A stretch of 61,066 nt of DNA, the filler included, from Sphacelaria rigidula (lineage: Eukaryota), in NCBI GenBank assembly GCA_964200075.2. It is 9 parts of 9 records of this genome, joined end to end, with 100 filler letters (N's around TTAATTAATTAA, not from the genome) between each part and the next. Parts side by side here need not be neighbours in the genome. Positions count along the whole stretch, not along the records: positions 47,575 to 54,270 come from CAXNAA020018559.1; positions 54,371 to 61,066 come from CAXNAA020018560.1; 7 more parts are not named here. The stretch is one strand, 5' to 3'. A program made the translations under genes and the position numbers. The notes under the pieces were generated by a model. That model was not told the origin of the DNA. It made no database searches and worked only from the letters and a program-made list of their open reading frames with translations. The first letter of the stretch is position 1, and every line of letters starts with the position of its first letter. Below are positions 50,241-61,066 of the stretch, one piece after another.

Positions 50241-52166
50241 CAGTTGTGATTTGGTGCCAAACACTTGGAGGCAAAATCTCGACTTACCAGGAGCTCAGAA
50301 GTGATGGCTGCAGGCACACGGACAAAGAATAATGGCGGCAAGCTCTGGATTCCCGTTATCTTTATAAATTATCATTCATATGATGGAATTATTGTACTAA
50401 CTCCGTGCATCCGCCCGCTTTATATTTGAATAACTATACTACCGCCCTGCACCCCGGCTGCGCCGAGCTTCACATGTGTAAACGGCACAATCTATCCCTT
50501 CTACCGAGCTGTGAGGATGACTTCATTAAACGGACGGTATATGTGACTTGACCAGTCGTCCCGTGTTCGAGCCCTCGCCTGGGCTCTTTTTCCCCCGCTC
50601 GTGGTGCTCAAGTAGAGCACGTCATCTTCACACCGGGCGTCGACTTCGCGTCGACTTTGAGTTTTGGCTCGGCCATTTTTTTGTTCGTTCGTGGTGCGGT
50701 ACGAGCTGGGCTAGGCAAGAGTAGGTGTGAATCCCGCTCAGGCGACGCACGGCGCGATATTATGAGGTGGACGCTGGAATGTTGACAACAGCTTTTTATG
50801 ATCGAAATGCAGAAGATCACGTGAGCAGCGAACAAAAAGAAAAAAAGAAGTTTTGGGCATTTGAAATTCTGAACATACAAGATAATGCCATGAGTACAGG
50901 AAAATAAGGAGACTCTGCAGCTGCTCACGTGAAGTATTAGTTCCTTGGGTGCAGAAGGTCTACCTGAAATTTCAGCTCAATAGTCGTCGAATTGGGCCGT
51001 GCATTCAACATTTCTCGTGACGCTGCTGCACCCCTATAAATCAAGTGATGGGAGTCTCCAATTATGGAGGTAATGAGTTCGAATCCCGACGGATTCTCTT
51101 TTTTTTTCGTCCGTTGTTAAGGTCATACATTATGCAGTACATTTTTTTTCATTTTTTTTCTTTGAGCGGCGGTGCCCTGTGTTACCAAGTTGGTCTACAC
51201 TTCACAGTGATTTGCTTAAATCGGGTTCATTCGAGAAATTGAGAAAGCTGTGGTGTGAGCAACTTTCAGCCGCTTTGAAGCTGGCCCAGCCCGTGTGAAA
51301 GCACAACTTTTCTGCACCGGGAGTCGTTTTTGTTATTCGTCACGCGACGACAAGAACTGAAAGTTCAAAAGTGCTCGGTCGAGACTCGAACTGAGCGTTG
51401 TTTTCCGCCGCTCGTGGTGCTTAGGTACAACACGTTTTGTTCACACCAGGGGTCGAGTTCGAGTCCTGGCTCGGGATTGTGTTTTTCCGTTAGCGCTGCG
51501 GTATCAGAATACGGTTTCTACACTGGGAGTCAGTCTCGTTCCTTGTCATGCGGCGACAAGAACTCAAAATTGAAACTGCTCTGCCGAGACTCAGACTCGG
51601 TTCAGGTTTGTCGTGGTGCGGTTGGTACCATTCATCACACTGATCACATGTTCCACGGCTGTAAGCACACAGTGACGGCCGATGATTGTAACGTATCTCT
51701 GCCCGTGTCCACGCCGACCCGCCGGCCGGGAGCGACGCGGAAACAGTCGGCTATGTTTTTTGCCGTGCGGTTGATTTACGACGCACCGCCAACTACACCG
51801 CAAGCGGTGGGGAAAAAGCTTATTTGCGCTTCCGAATAACAAGAAAATATCATCGAATACAATCAATGAGAGATATCAAGAGAACAGAAGACAAACAACT
51901 CAATTCCCAACCCCCCCGTTAAGAACACATAAAACCATGAAGAAAAGCATTGAGAAGGCATGAGCTGCAACATGAAGTAACGTTATATAGTCGATTATTT
52001 CCCAAAAAGGCGTCACCCGGCGCCATCAACGGAGTACGGATAAGCCTAGACATACCAGTACCAACCACACCAGCGACACCACCAAAAACGATCTCTGAAG
52101 TACCAATACCTTTATAATTGTTCAAAAGTCACCACAACATGTCCCCCGAGTTGATCAGGGTTAAGG

Positions 52167-52907
52167 TTAAAACACACCCATCACATCTGCTACTGTAGTA
52201 TACAGGAGAAAAAGGGGAAGGAGCGAGCGATTTGGATTACTACCAAGCGAGGGTCGAATCATCAACTCCAGGCACCATCGCCATTTTTCTACCAGGGCGT
52301 TGTTCTTTTTCACTATGCGTCGACGAAAATGACGTAAAGTATTGTACCGCCGAGACTCAGAAGCAGGTCTACGTTTTGTGCGACGCAATCGGTGGCATTC
52401 GGGACATTTATCGTTTCTCCACGCCTGAAAGCAATCACACGGTAGCGTCCGATTGTCCTCACGTATTGTTGACCGTCTACCCGTCAACCCTCCCGCCGGA
52501 ACCGGCCTCGTATACCTGCCGGCCGAATGCAGGCAATGGCCCTTGCAGGATAATATATATTTGTATCCTTCGTATGGTTTGTGCTCCACATATGTCGTCT
52601 CCTCACTATGTTTCATATATTCCCTTGACTCGATATACCTATCCGTCGATATACCCGGCGGCAGGGGGGGGGGGTATATGTTGACACATGTTGCTCGGGA
52701 GGCAACCTCGTGTCCAGCACATGCCGAGACGAACCCAAGGTACGTTTCGGCATCTATACTCCAAATTACAGCCACGTCGAGACCCGAATGGATGCTATCT
52801 ACGATGCAAAGTATCGACATGTATAAAAAATCGCATCGACCCGTCTTTGTTGTGGCTCCCACCGACCATGTTGTTCTTTCCGAGGGCAAGTTGGCAGGGC
52901 ATGACAC
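52167..52907 (-). CDS. 246-aa intronless Cys/His-rich, basic ORF of unknown function (possibly element-borne)
   Basis: Longest ORF in contig 8; CKGHCLH...CDC...CPECH cluster followed by Arg/Lys-rich stretch; no family recognised. Confidence 0.35.
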   Translation of the reverse strand: MSCPANLPSERTTWSVGATTKTGRCDFLYMSILCIVDSIHSGLDVAVIWSIDAETYLGFVSACAGHEVASRATCVNIYPPPLPPGISTDRYIESREYMKHSEETTYVEHKPYEGYKYILSCKGHCLHSAGRYTRPVPAGGLTGRRSTIREDNRTLPCDCFQAWRNDKCPECHRLRRTKRRPASESRRYNTLRHFRRRIVKKNNALVEKWRWCLELMIRPSLGSNPNRSLLPLFLLYTTVADVMGVF

Positions 52908-55528
52908 GAGTAGGGTAAATTACAAGGTTGTTGTCTGCGCTTTTGCAAGATGGCATCAGAAGAACTAATCGCACGCCAGCGGTAAATCATAGTTGGCAAC
53001 CAGAGACGTGTAACATTTTGTGGTCGGCATGGGAATAGCTAATCAGACACGATTGCAGTTAGCCTCAGTCACGTCGAACAAAAGCAAGAGTGGTCCATGA
53101 TAGGTTCGTAGCACTTGTCTCTTCAACCGATTGTGTGTGCCCTATTTTTATCAACCTTTCATGAATCGTTCCCGTCGCTCGAGTTACTACCATGAATAGG
53201 GCGTTATTGCGTTATGTTTGCCTTGGGTGCGTCTCTCTATGAGCACGCCTCGATTTCTCGGAGATCACTGAGTGTGCGATAATCGAGCAACACGGAAAGC
53301 CCATATGCGGCACCAGGAATAAATGAACAAATGCCACCACATGTACAAGGTAACCATGAAGGGAACGCCGAGATCACATGAACTTGATTCTTTCGACCCG
53401 CTGACGTAACTACTTCCCCACCGTTATTCCCGGTCTCGTGTTGGGCGCTGAGTGTAGTTTGATCGTAGAGTAATGTTCACGCGTCCTGTGCACTGACATA
53501 GCGTGATTCGAAGGTACTATCATGTGCTGATCTTCTCGTTTGCCGCGAGCGCCATTTTTGCAGGGGCTAATGTGTTCAATGTGTCTGTGCAAAACTCACG
53601 TCTTTCGGTGTGCTCCTGACTTAAGCTTTTTTGCTCCAACACCTCGATTCGAGGCCATACCAAACGATCCAACTTTACCACGACCATATACAGTGGGGTG
53701 TCCTAATCGCGTGGTTGTGTGATTTATCGTGACACACACGGGGGGCGGTGCATGTAGCGTATGCCCCTGCACATGTGAAGCCATATCCATTCGCAAACTC
53801 GGCACGGATTCTCGAGGCATACTATGAGGAAGGTGAAGTAAATGGGGCAATCCATCATGGCTTCCTGGCGGATCGCGTATTTGTTGAGGATACATGATAT
53901 GGCCATTCATTCGACAGGAGCTGCCTACCGGAATTCATCGGGGTTGTCGTGTGCCGGTGTCGAGGGGGGAGTTGAGCTTCTGATCATTTCTAACCAATGC
54001 TGAATTACTGTCTTCAAGCATGGGCTTGACGACTCAAACGATACCGTGACTTTACAATTTTCCTACGAGCTGGGCCAGCCTAGAGGCGGATTTGAAGTTC
54101 TAAGGCCCATGCTTTTTTATACATTTAAAGTTGGACCCTAAAATTTGGTATGGACAATGCATAAGGCATAAAAAAAACCACCTCGGTACCATTTTTTTTT
54201 TTTTTTTTTATTGAAGTCATTTTTATTATACTTGAAAATTGTTTTTTGCTTTTAATTCATTTATATTATANNNNNNNNNNNNNNNNNNNNNNNNNNNNNN
54301 NNNNNNNNNNNNNNTTAATTAATTAANNNNNNNNNNNNNNNNNNNNNNNNNNNNNNNNNNNNNNNNNNNNATATCGACGTGTAGCTGTAAGCACACGCAA
54401 GTGGTGGAGGTGAAGAAAAGCACACGTGAAATAAAAAAATGACTCTCAATCGAAGATCTACTCTCAATCTCACGAGAACGTTGTTAGGTGCCGTGTGACA
54501 CCCTTCTAAACGATGGGGTACTATCCGAAAGTTTCCGTAGGCTATTCCATTTTTCGATCCCAAAAACGGTCGAATTGACAGTTTCTTGACAAACGTCTTC
54601 AGATTTTCCACATCCCGTCTCCACGTGCTGTGACAAGGCCGCAGCCCCCAACACGGCCATGATCACCGTGGAGAACAGCGATGTCATACCTTGCATACAT
54701 AGTGTAGGGTAGTCATCGTGGTGGCACTATTGGGCTGGGCGAGCGTCAAACAAGCAGCAGTGCTGATTTCGGCGATGCCCATTTTCCGATCGGAAATGGC
54801 AACGTATTTCGTGATGGAAAATAGTTCGTGCAGGTTTCCATGTGTGAAATATTTTTCGGACCTCTGTAATGGAAAATGAACGGAATCGGAGATTTCGAAG
54901 GGAAAATGACACTGCATTATTTCTTCCGTGTTAAAATGAGTCTCACTCGCCCCACGCTCTTGCCGATTTTGGTGATGAATGCGTCGCCGTTTGCCTTTTG
55001 ATATTTGTGTACATATGCACATGTAACGTACGCGCACTGTGCCCTCGGTGCTCGACCCTTCTGTATGCTGCACTTGCACATCTACTACCTTCAAATGTGT
55101 TTCCTTGGCTGAGATCGCTCCCGGTGAGCGCTGCGGCATCAGCCGCCGGTAACGCTGTTCAGTACAAGATAATTGAGCACACCCGCACTGTGTATTGTCA
55201 TGCTTAGTATGCCCTGGGATTGCCGCAGGGTGACATGCCCGTTTGTCATCATTTTTCTCAGTTTCCTCGATTAACGTCAGCTAGCTATCCTAACTCCACA
55301 TTGAAGACACAAGCGAAACCAAAATCGAGAGCGTGGTTACCCTCCCTCACCCTCTACAACCTGACAGCAGAATCATTGCCATAGCCATCCTTACACCTCC
55401 GATGCACACGCCACCACACTTATTGTCGTCCTCGAAGATAACGCTAGATCGCAACTCGGACCATACCCATAGCAGAAAGTTCTTGGTCGACGAATTCATC
55501 TCCCTGTGTGCATGCGGGGTGTCCGCAG

Positions 55529-56400
55529 ATGGAAGTACGCCTCGCAAATATTGTCCACCACGTGACTGGCGAAGCTGACGAGGACACGATGAGCGCATGG
55601 GGTAGCCTTGGCACAGCATCACCCGTGGGTGACGCTCCTCCAGCACGACGGCGAAGCTCCTTCGCCCTGGGTCTCCAGGGAGCTGCGTTCAGCGAAGGTC
55701 CCATATTCGAACTAGATGGAATTGGAGAAGAGAGCCCAGAAAAACATGAGCCGGCACTTGCCACGCTCGCGGCACAATTAGCAGCACAAGCTTCGGCAGT
55801 GGTGAGAAATGGAGTGACCGACGAAAAGGTAAGAACACCGACAGAAAGCGAACCACTGGGGGAAACTAAAGGCGACGCGCCGATGATGAGAAGCAAAGAC
55901 ATTGCAAGTGCACATGTACCGCAGCACACCACAGATCAGCCTGTTGTCAGGCACAGAGAGACGGTCCTCCCACTGAGCAGTGGCCGTCGCAGAAGCAATC
56001 AGGATGACCAAAGCCAGGGTTCCGGCAGGAGTGATCTTCAAGATATCCCGGGCAGCCCAGCACCAGATAATGAAGGCGTCATCAACAAAAAAGCTCGCCT
56101 TTCAGATGAAAGAAATGCCGAGCAAAAGGAGGAAGGCGGGTTACGGCCAGATGATACTGGGGTTTCCAACAAAGCAGCTCGCCTGTCAGACGACGATGCT
56201 GGGTTTTTCAACGTTCCGGCCCATGCGGCGGAACCCGGAGCCGAAGGGGAAATCGAGCTGGAGGAGTCTATTGGCTCTGCTGCAGATGTCCACTATATTG
56301 CTCGGCAGCGGTGGTTGTGGGCGTTCGGGCGCGTGTGCAATCTCATTCGCCGCAGAAAGCGGAAGCAGTTGGAGATTATGAGTCAGCGGGCAACCGACAG
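55529..56400 (+). CDS. Large uncharacterised coiled-coil protein, exon A
   Basis: cgcag acceptor, 290-codon open frame, ag|gtgatt donor (phase 2). Confidence 0.78.
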
Positions 56401-56713
56401 GTGATTCGCAACCAGCGATATTGTTTCAAGTACTCCCTCCTCTGTGCAACCGCAACGGTGTTGATCGCCCTCTGCATGAACACAGGTCTGTAGTGATCGA
56501 GGCCGCATCATCTGCGATGTCTAAACGCTCATGGTGAAGAGAGCACGAATAACCGCCTCAAACGTATACTTGGCGCGGAGAGATACAAGCCAGTCGCAGT
56601 AGACAAGAATACCCTACAAGCAAACAAACGGCCGATTCGGACCACCCTCGTCATATAACTGAAGGCGTCGCCCTCATACCATGCCGTGTCTGCACGTACA
56701 TACAAATTTTCAG

Positions 56714-56915
56714 GACGGTGCGCATGGGCTCCCGGGTATCTGTTTTAGAGAAGAGATTGGACGAAACGAAGGAAGCTCTTGCAGGCATAGAGCGTCTTCG
56801 AGCTAAAAGCACTGCGCATGCGTACGAGATGAAGTGTCTGAGCGCCAAGGTCTCCGAACTTTCTCCCTTAGCCGGGGTCGAAGAAAGAATCAAACGACTC
56901 GTCGAAGTCACGCAG
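56714..56915 (+). CDS. Coiled-coil protein, exon B
   Basis: tttcag acceptor phase 2, RVSVLEKRLDETKEALAGIERL heptads, cag|gtgggc donor. Confidence 0.8.
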
Positions 56916-57401
56916 GTGGGCTTCGTCCTAACGGCGATTGACATACGTATAGTGACGAGAACCTTTCCAGGGAGGTGTTTGCGTAGTTTTGCACGGCCGT
57001 TTCCAGCAAGACCGCTTAGAGAGTACCAGCCCAGTACTGAGACTAGAGAGCATCGCTTGTCGATACCAATGCAATGATGGTGTGATGCTCAGGCAAAGCG
57101 ATGGTCAGGAAGCTTGAGTACTCGCTTCTGTGCTTCGTTTTCGCGGTTGCGCCACAATGGAATTGGCGATACCCGGCCGAAGACGTACTTCCGAACCCTG
57201 CCGTCGCTGACTTTCTCACCAAATTCCTTCGCAACGAAATCCTATATTGTTTAATCGTCCCCCGCTGCAGCAAGGGAAAGTGTGAACACTCGAGGGTGCA
57301 GAGCTCTAACCCGATGTTAGAGCGCCACCGATCTGTTGACAACCACCTTGCCGTATCGCAATGTACATCTAATCGGCACCATAACCCGTGTTTTTGCCCA
57401 G

Positions 57402-57602
57402 ACACGCGTGGAAGGAATGGTGAAGACGGGCGACTCGAAGGTGGAGAGCAAGCTTCGGAGCGGACACGCCGAGCTAGAATCAAGGTTGGAAAACGACATC
57501 AAGCAGCATAGCGCACTGCTGGAAGACATGGACGATCGCTATGCCAGGAGTGAGGATGCCATGCGACGCGCCGAGGACAGATTAGGAGAAATGCAGGACG
57601 AG
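57402..57602 (+). CDS. Coiled-coil protein, exon C
   Basis: cccag acceptor, ELESRLENDIKQHSALLEDMDDR, gag|gttagc donor, phase 0/0. Confidence 0.8.
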
Positions 57603-59079
57603 GTTAGCACGAAGACGCTCGATAGCATATCCATCGAAGAAAGGACCCTGATACAGAATTTCGCCGAGACACAATACATGTGATGGTCTGCTCTTACGTG
57701 TAAACATTGCACGCCCTAGTCAAGGACTCGGTACATACTAGCTACCTGTAGGCGGCGCTCGGGTGAGAGTGATCGACGCCTGGCTGTCTGTCAACTACTC
57801 TCAGACGAGAACATGTACCAGCCAGTTACCTGACTGCTGCCGAGATAATTTAGCCCCCCCCCGTACCGGCCAAAAAAGAGCACGGAGGCGATGGTCATAA
57901 ATGCCGTTAGAGCTGGTTTCGTGCTGTACGACGCAACGAATTTGGGCGTTATATCTGATTTCGTACTGCTACACGCCTCTCATGTGGGCGAAATTGCTGC
58001 AAACGAGCCCAATAGTGGGATCGCAGCCGGTTTGTCGAAAGGACTCCGGTGCACTTTTTGTGGGGGGGCTATCATGGCATTAGTCACATTTAGACAACTT
58101 CAGGGTATAATGTCAGACACACCGAGGTGCCTATGAGCACCTCTCGGATGAGAAATCAATGCAGCTAGTTATCTAAAGAAACAACTATGCCAAACAACTA
58201 CACGAACATTCCGAGATCAACGGTCGTTTCAGTTGCGAACTTGCCTTGTTTGGAACTGCTCAATGGACGTCAACGTAAGCACTGATGCACCATGTTGGCC
58301 TACGTTTCAAATCCAGTTTGATTGGAGTGGTGAAAGGGTGCTGGGTAGGCCATTATTGCTTTTAATCGAGAGCAAAGGACCGCTATGGATATTGAGGGAA
58401 AAAAATCACCTGTAGGCAGCTTTCGGATGAAAGTGGCAGGCAAATAGTCGTCCCTAGACAGCTGCCCGATTGAAGCATGTATGTGTCGACTAGTTGCCTG
58501 CAACTCTCGTATGACGAGAACTTACGCAACTGGTTGTCTAGAGGACAACTACTCCAAATCGCTACTTGGCTAGGTATCGGTTGTAGAGGGTGTGAAAAAT
58601 CGGCCGATACGTGAGACGTGCAGCACATGTTATTAGGGCACATGAGGAAATTTTGCAAGTGTAGTACTGCAAAATCGTATCGCACCACGTCGAACGTTGT
58701 TCGAGTACCCGGCTTGAGCTGAAACTACCCCCGAATACGGTACACAAGCGGCAAGAAAATTGCTAGTAGTACGGTATGGTTTCTGTGCAAGCTACAGGAA
58801 TCGTCATGTATCACGTAAAACAGGACATTCCAGCTTCGCTCGATTTTCTTGGGCAGCTGGGACATAGTGTAGGCCCTTCACTGGGGTTACGGACTGTTCT
58901 TCTTTGCCTGGTCCGTTTCTACGCCGAATAGTAGACGGTGCAGGGCAGTATTTATGCAGCAAACCTCGATATAGACTTTTCCTCGTTTGCTCCCCCGGGA
59001 TATTAGAGCTAAGAATGAGCAAGGTGAGTAAGTTATTCTCAGTTCAACTGTTTTGTTGCTGGATGTGCTTCGTGAGCAG

Positions 59080-59169
59080 GTCAACACCGTCACCCAAAGC
59101 ATTGTCGAGTTGGAGAGACAATTGCGGGTTGATGAAGATCGTCTCGACAGTCTAGAAGTCGTCAAAAAG
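59080..59169 (+). CDS. Coiled-coil protein, exon D
   Basis: gcag acceptor, VNTVTQSIVELERQLRVDEDRLDSLEVVKK, aag|gtggga donor, phase 0/0. Confidence 0.72.
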
Positions 59170-59436
59170 GTGGGACTCAAAGGATATTATCTGGGGTACA
59201 GTACTTCAAGACAGGGGACTAAATAGTGGCTTGTGCTCGCTGGCAAACAAACTCTAGACGCGCAAAATCGGTTGTTGAATGCAGCTCCGATGCACGGATA
59301 CCAAACACTTTGCACCGTAATGCAAGGGAAGATGAATCCTTGGACTGCGAATAGCAAGTTTACGGGTAGCACTCTGATCAACCTGTGTTCGTACCAAACG
59401 ACAACGAATTCGACCAACATAATCTTGTACCATCAG

Positions 59437-60750
59437 GCGCAGCAACGACGATTGAGCGAACTCCGTAAAAAAGTTGGAGAAGGCGGCGTCCCACCAGCAG
59501 AGCACGAACATCCCGAAGAAACAGCAACCGATAGAATGGCCCGCTTGCTCAAGGCTGCGGCTACGGGCCTTGAGTTTTTGTCCTCAGATCTGGATAAGAT
59601 CGCTGGCATAGAAAATGGAGTTGGTGAGCATACGGATAGTGAAGCATACATGGTGGATGGAAAGAGAGTCACGCTTGAGCTACTCAGAGCCATATCAGAT
59701 GACGCTTCTGACTATGCTAGCCGATGCCGGCAAGATAAGTGGGACGCGGGGGATGGAGAGGGCGGGAGGGCAGAAAATCCCGTGACACGGGCGGAAGCAT
59801 TGTGCGGTCATATTGAAGCCGCACTATCCCTACCCAAACCTGCTGGAGAGGGAGTGACCCATCCTTCTTTTTTATCACCAACTCCCAAGGCGAATGGAGT
59901 GACGGTGGCAAACACGAGGCGCTCATCACCCTCGGAATTCGACGGTTGCTCTCTTGACGACATCCAATGCCCGAATGGGCGTTCTAGCCTAGCGGAAAAG
60001 CTCAAAGCAGCACGCGACGTGTTGCTCCCGATTGTGGAGCAGCAAACATCTCTGGGAGCCCTCAAAGTAGCCGTTTTGGGACTGAAGGCCGATCTAAGAA
60101 TGGCAATTGGTGAAGCAAATGGGATCGCCAGACGGACGGCATGGGGGGAGGAGGGAAGCACCCACAATAATGGCGAAGCACCCGTTAATGGAGATGAATC
60201 CCGGTGGCAGAATGTTGAAGGTCAAATAGCGGCGCTGAATACGGAGTTTGCCGGCATCAGAGACTCCATGTTTGATCGAGGGTTAGCAGTTGGCCGTGAT
60301 CCAACCGTCGGCGAGGCCGGAGTAGGCGTGATCGACGACGAGGACCTAGAAGAACGACTGTTGGCCAAAGCGAACGTTTCGTGGGTGCAGAGAGAGCTCC
60401 AGCGCTTATGGGAGGCCTTGAACTCGCGCGCTGTGGTGGACTTAGCTTCGAATTCACTGCGCTCCTCCTCTAGAGAACCTCTTGCCGTGAGACCAGCGTC
60501 CGCCCCACTGCATGAGCGTCCCGTCAAGGAAAACCCCGAAACTGCGGGGGAAGAAAGCGACACTTCGCGGCCAAGTACCCCGGTGATGGACGGAGGGAAA
60601 GCTAGTGCGGGTATGGAGGGAGCGGGAGTTAAGGACCCGAGTGGGAGAATGGTACTTCCCCATGGTGACATCATTCATCGTCCGAGCTTCCATGAGGGAT
60701 CACCGTTGATTAAAGATCTACTCAGGAAGACTTCACGTCTCGATCAACAG
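59437..60750 (+). CDS. Coiled-coil protein, exon E; gene continues beyond window
   Basis: catcag acceptor, 438 open codons within ORF 59233-60888, cag|gtgtgc donor. Confidence 0.82.
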
Positions 60751-61066
60751 GTGTGCGACAGTTTATGGGACCAGTTGGATAATATATACTCTGAGTATAT
60801 ATATATACATGAGAGCCCTCGCGGGGACGGTGGAGAGGTGTGTGTTGCTACGCATCACATCATGTTATGGGGTCGAGGTCGACTTTAACAGTGGCCTCGA
60901 ATATACACTCAAATACCCCGGAGCCGACTTTCTGGCCGTTGACTCCATTCTTGCAAGGGTCGGACAAATAATGATTCGTCTCGAAACTACTTGGTTTTAG
61001 TATGATGAGTCGACTCGTGACGAATGAATCCCTAGGCTTTATTTCAGCGTTGCAACCCAAGCACAC

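Overview
Eukaryotic, intron-rich, repeat-rich DNA of roughly 50% GC, most consistent with a brown alga or related stramenopile (inferred from a bipartite plastid-targeting N-terminus, long introns and the transposon types). The window is not one locus: nine contigs of 6696-6697 bp are joined by eight identical 100-nt N44-TTAATTAATTAA-N44 linkers, so nothing across a linker is physically linked. Host genes are all partial and spliced: the first two coding exons of glutamine-hydrolysing asparagine synthetase (minus strand), a plastid-targeted Thr-rich protein (3 exons), the 3' end of an ESCRT-III/Snf7-family (CHMP7-like) gene, a large coiled-coil protein (5 exons) and one orphan exon. The rest is mostly mobile DNA: two decayed copies of one Ty3/Gypsy family, a decayed Ty1/Copia, two LINE fragments, a deleted hAT element with perfect TSD, piggyBac-, Tc1/mariner- and Sola-like MITEs, foldbacks and satellites. 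Best leads: (1) the Gypsy family has no tRNA-type PBS; its PBS is exactly complementary to a 10-mer inside its own LTR, suggesting Tf1-type self-priming; (2) several unrelated tRNA-like Pol III cassettes, three of them clustered among decayed intronless ORFs of unknown origin in contig 8.
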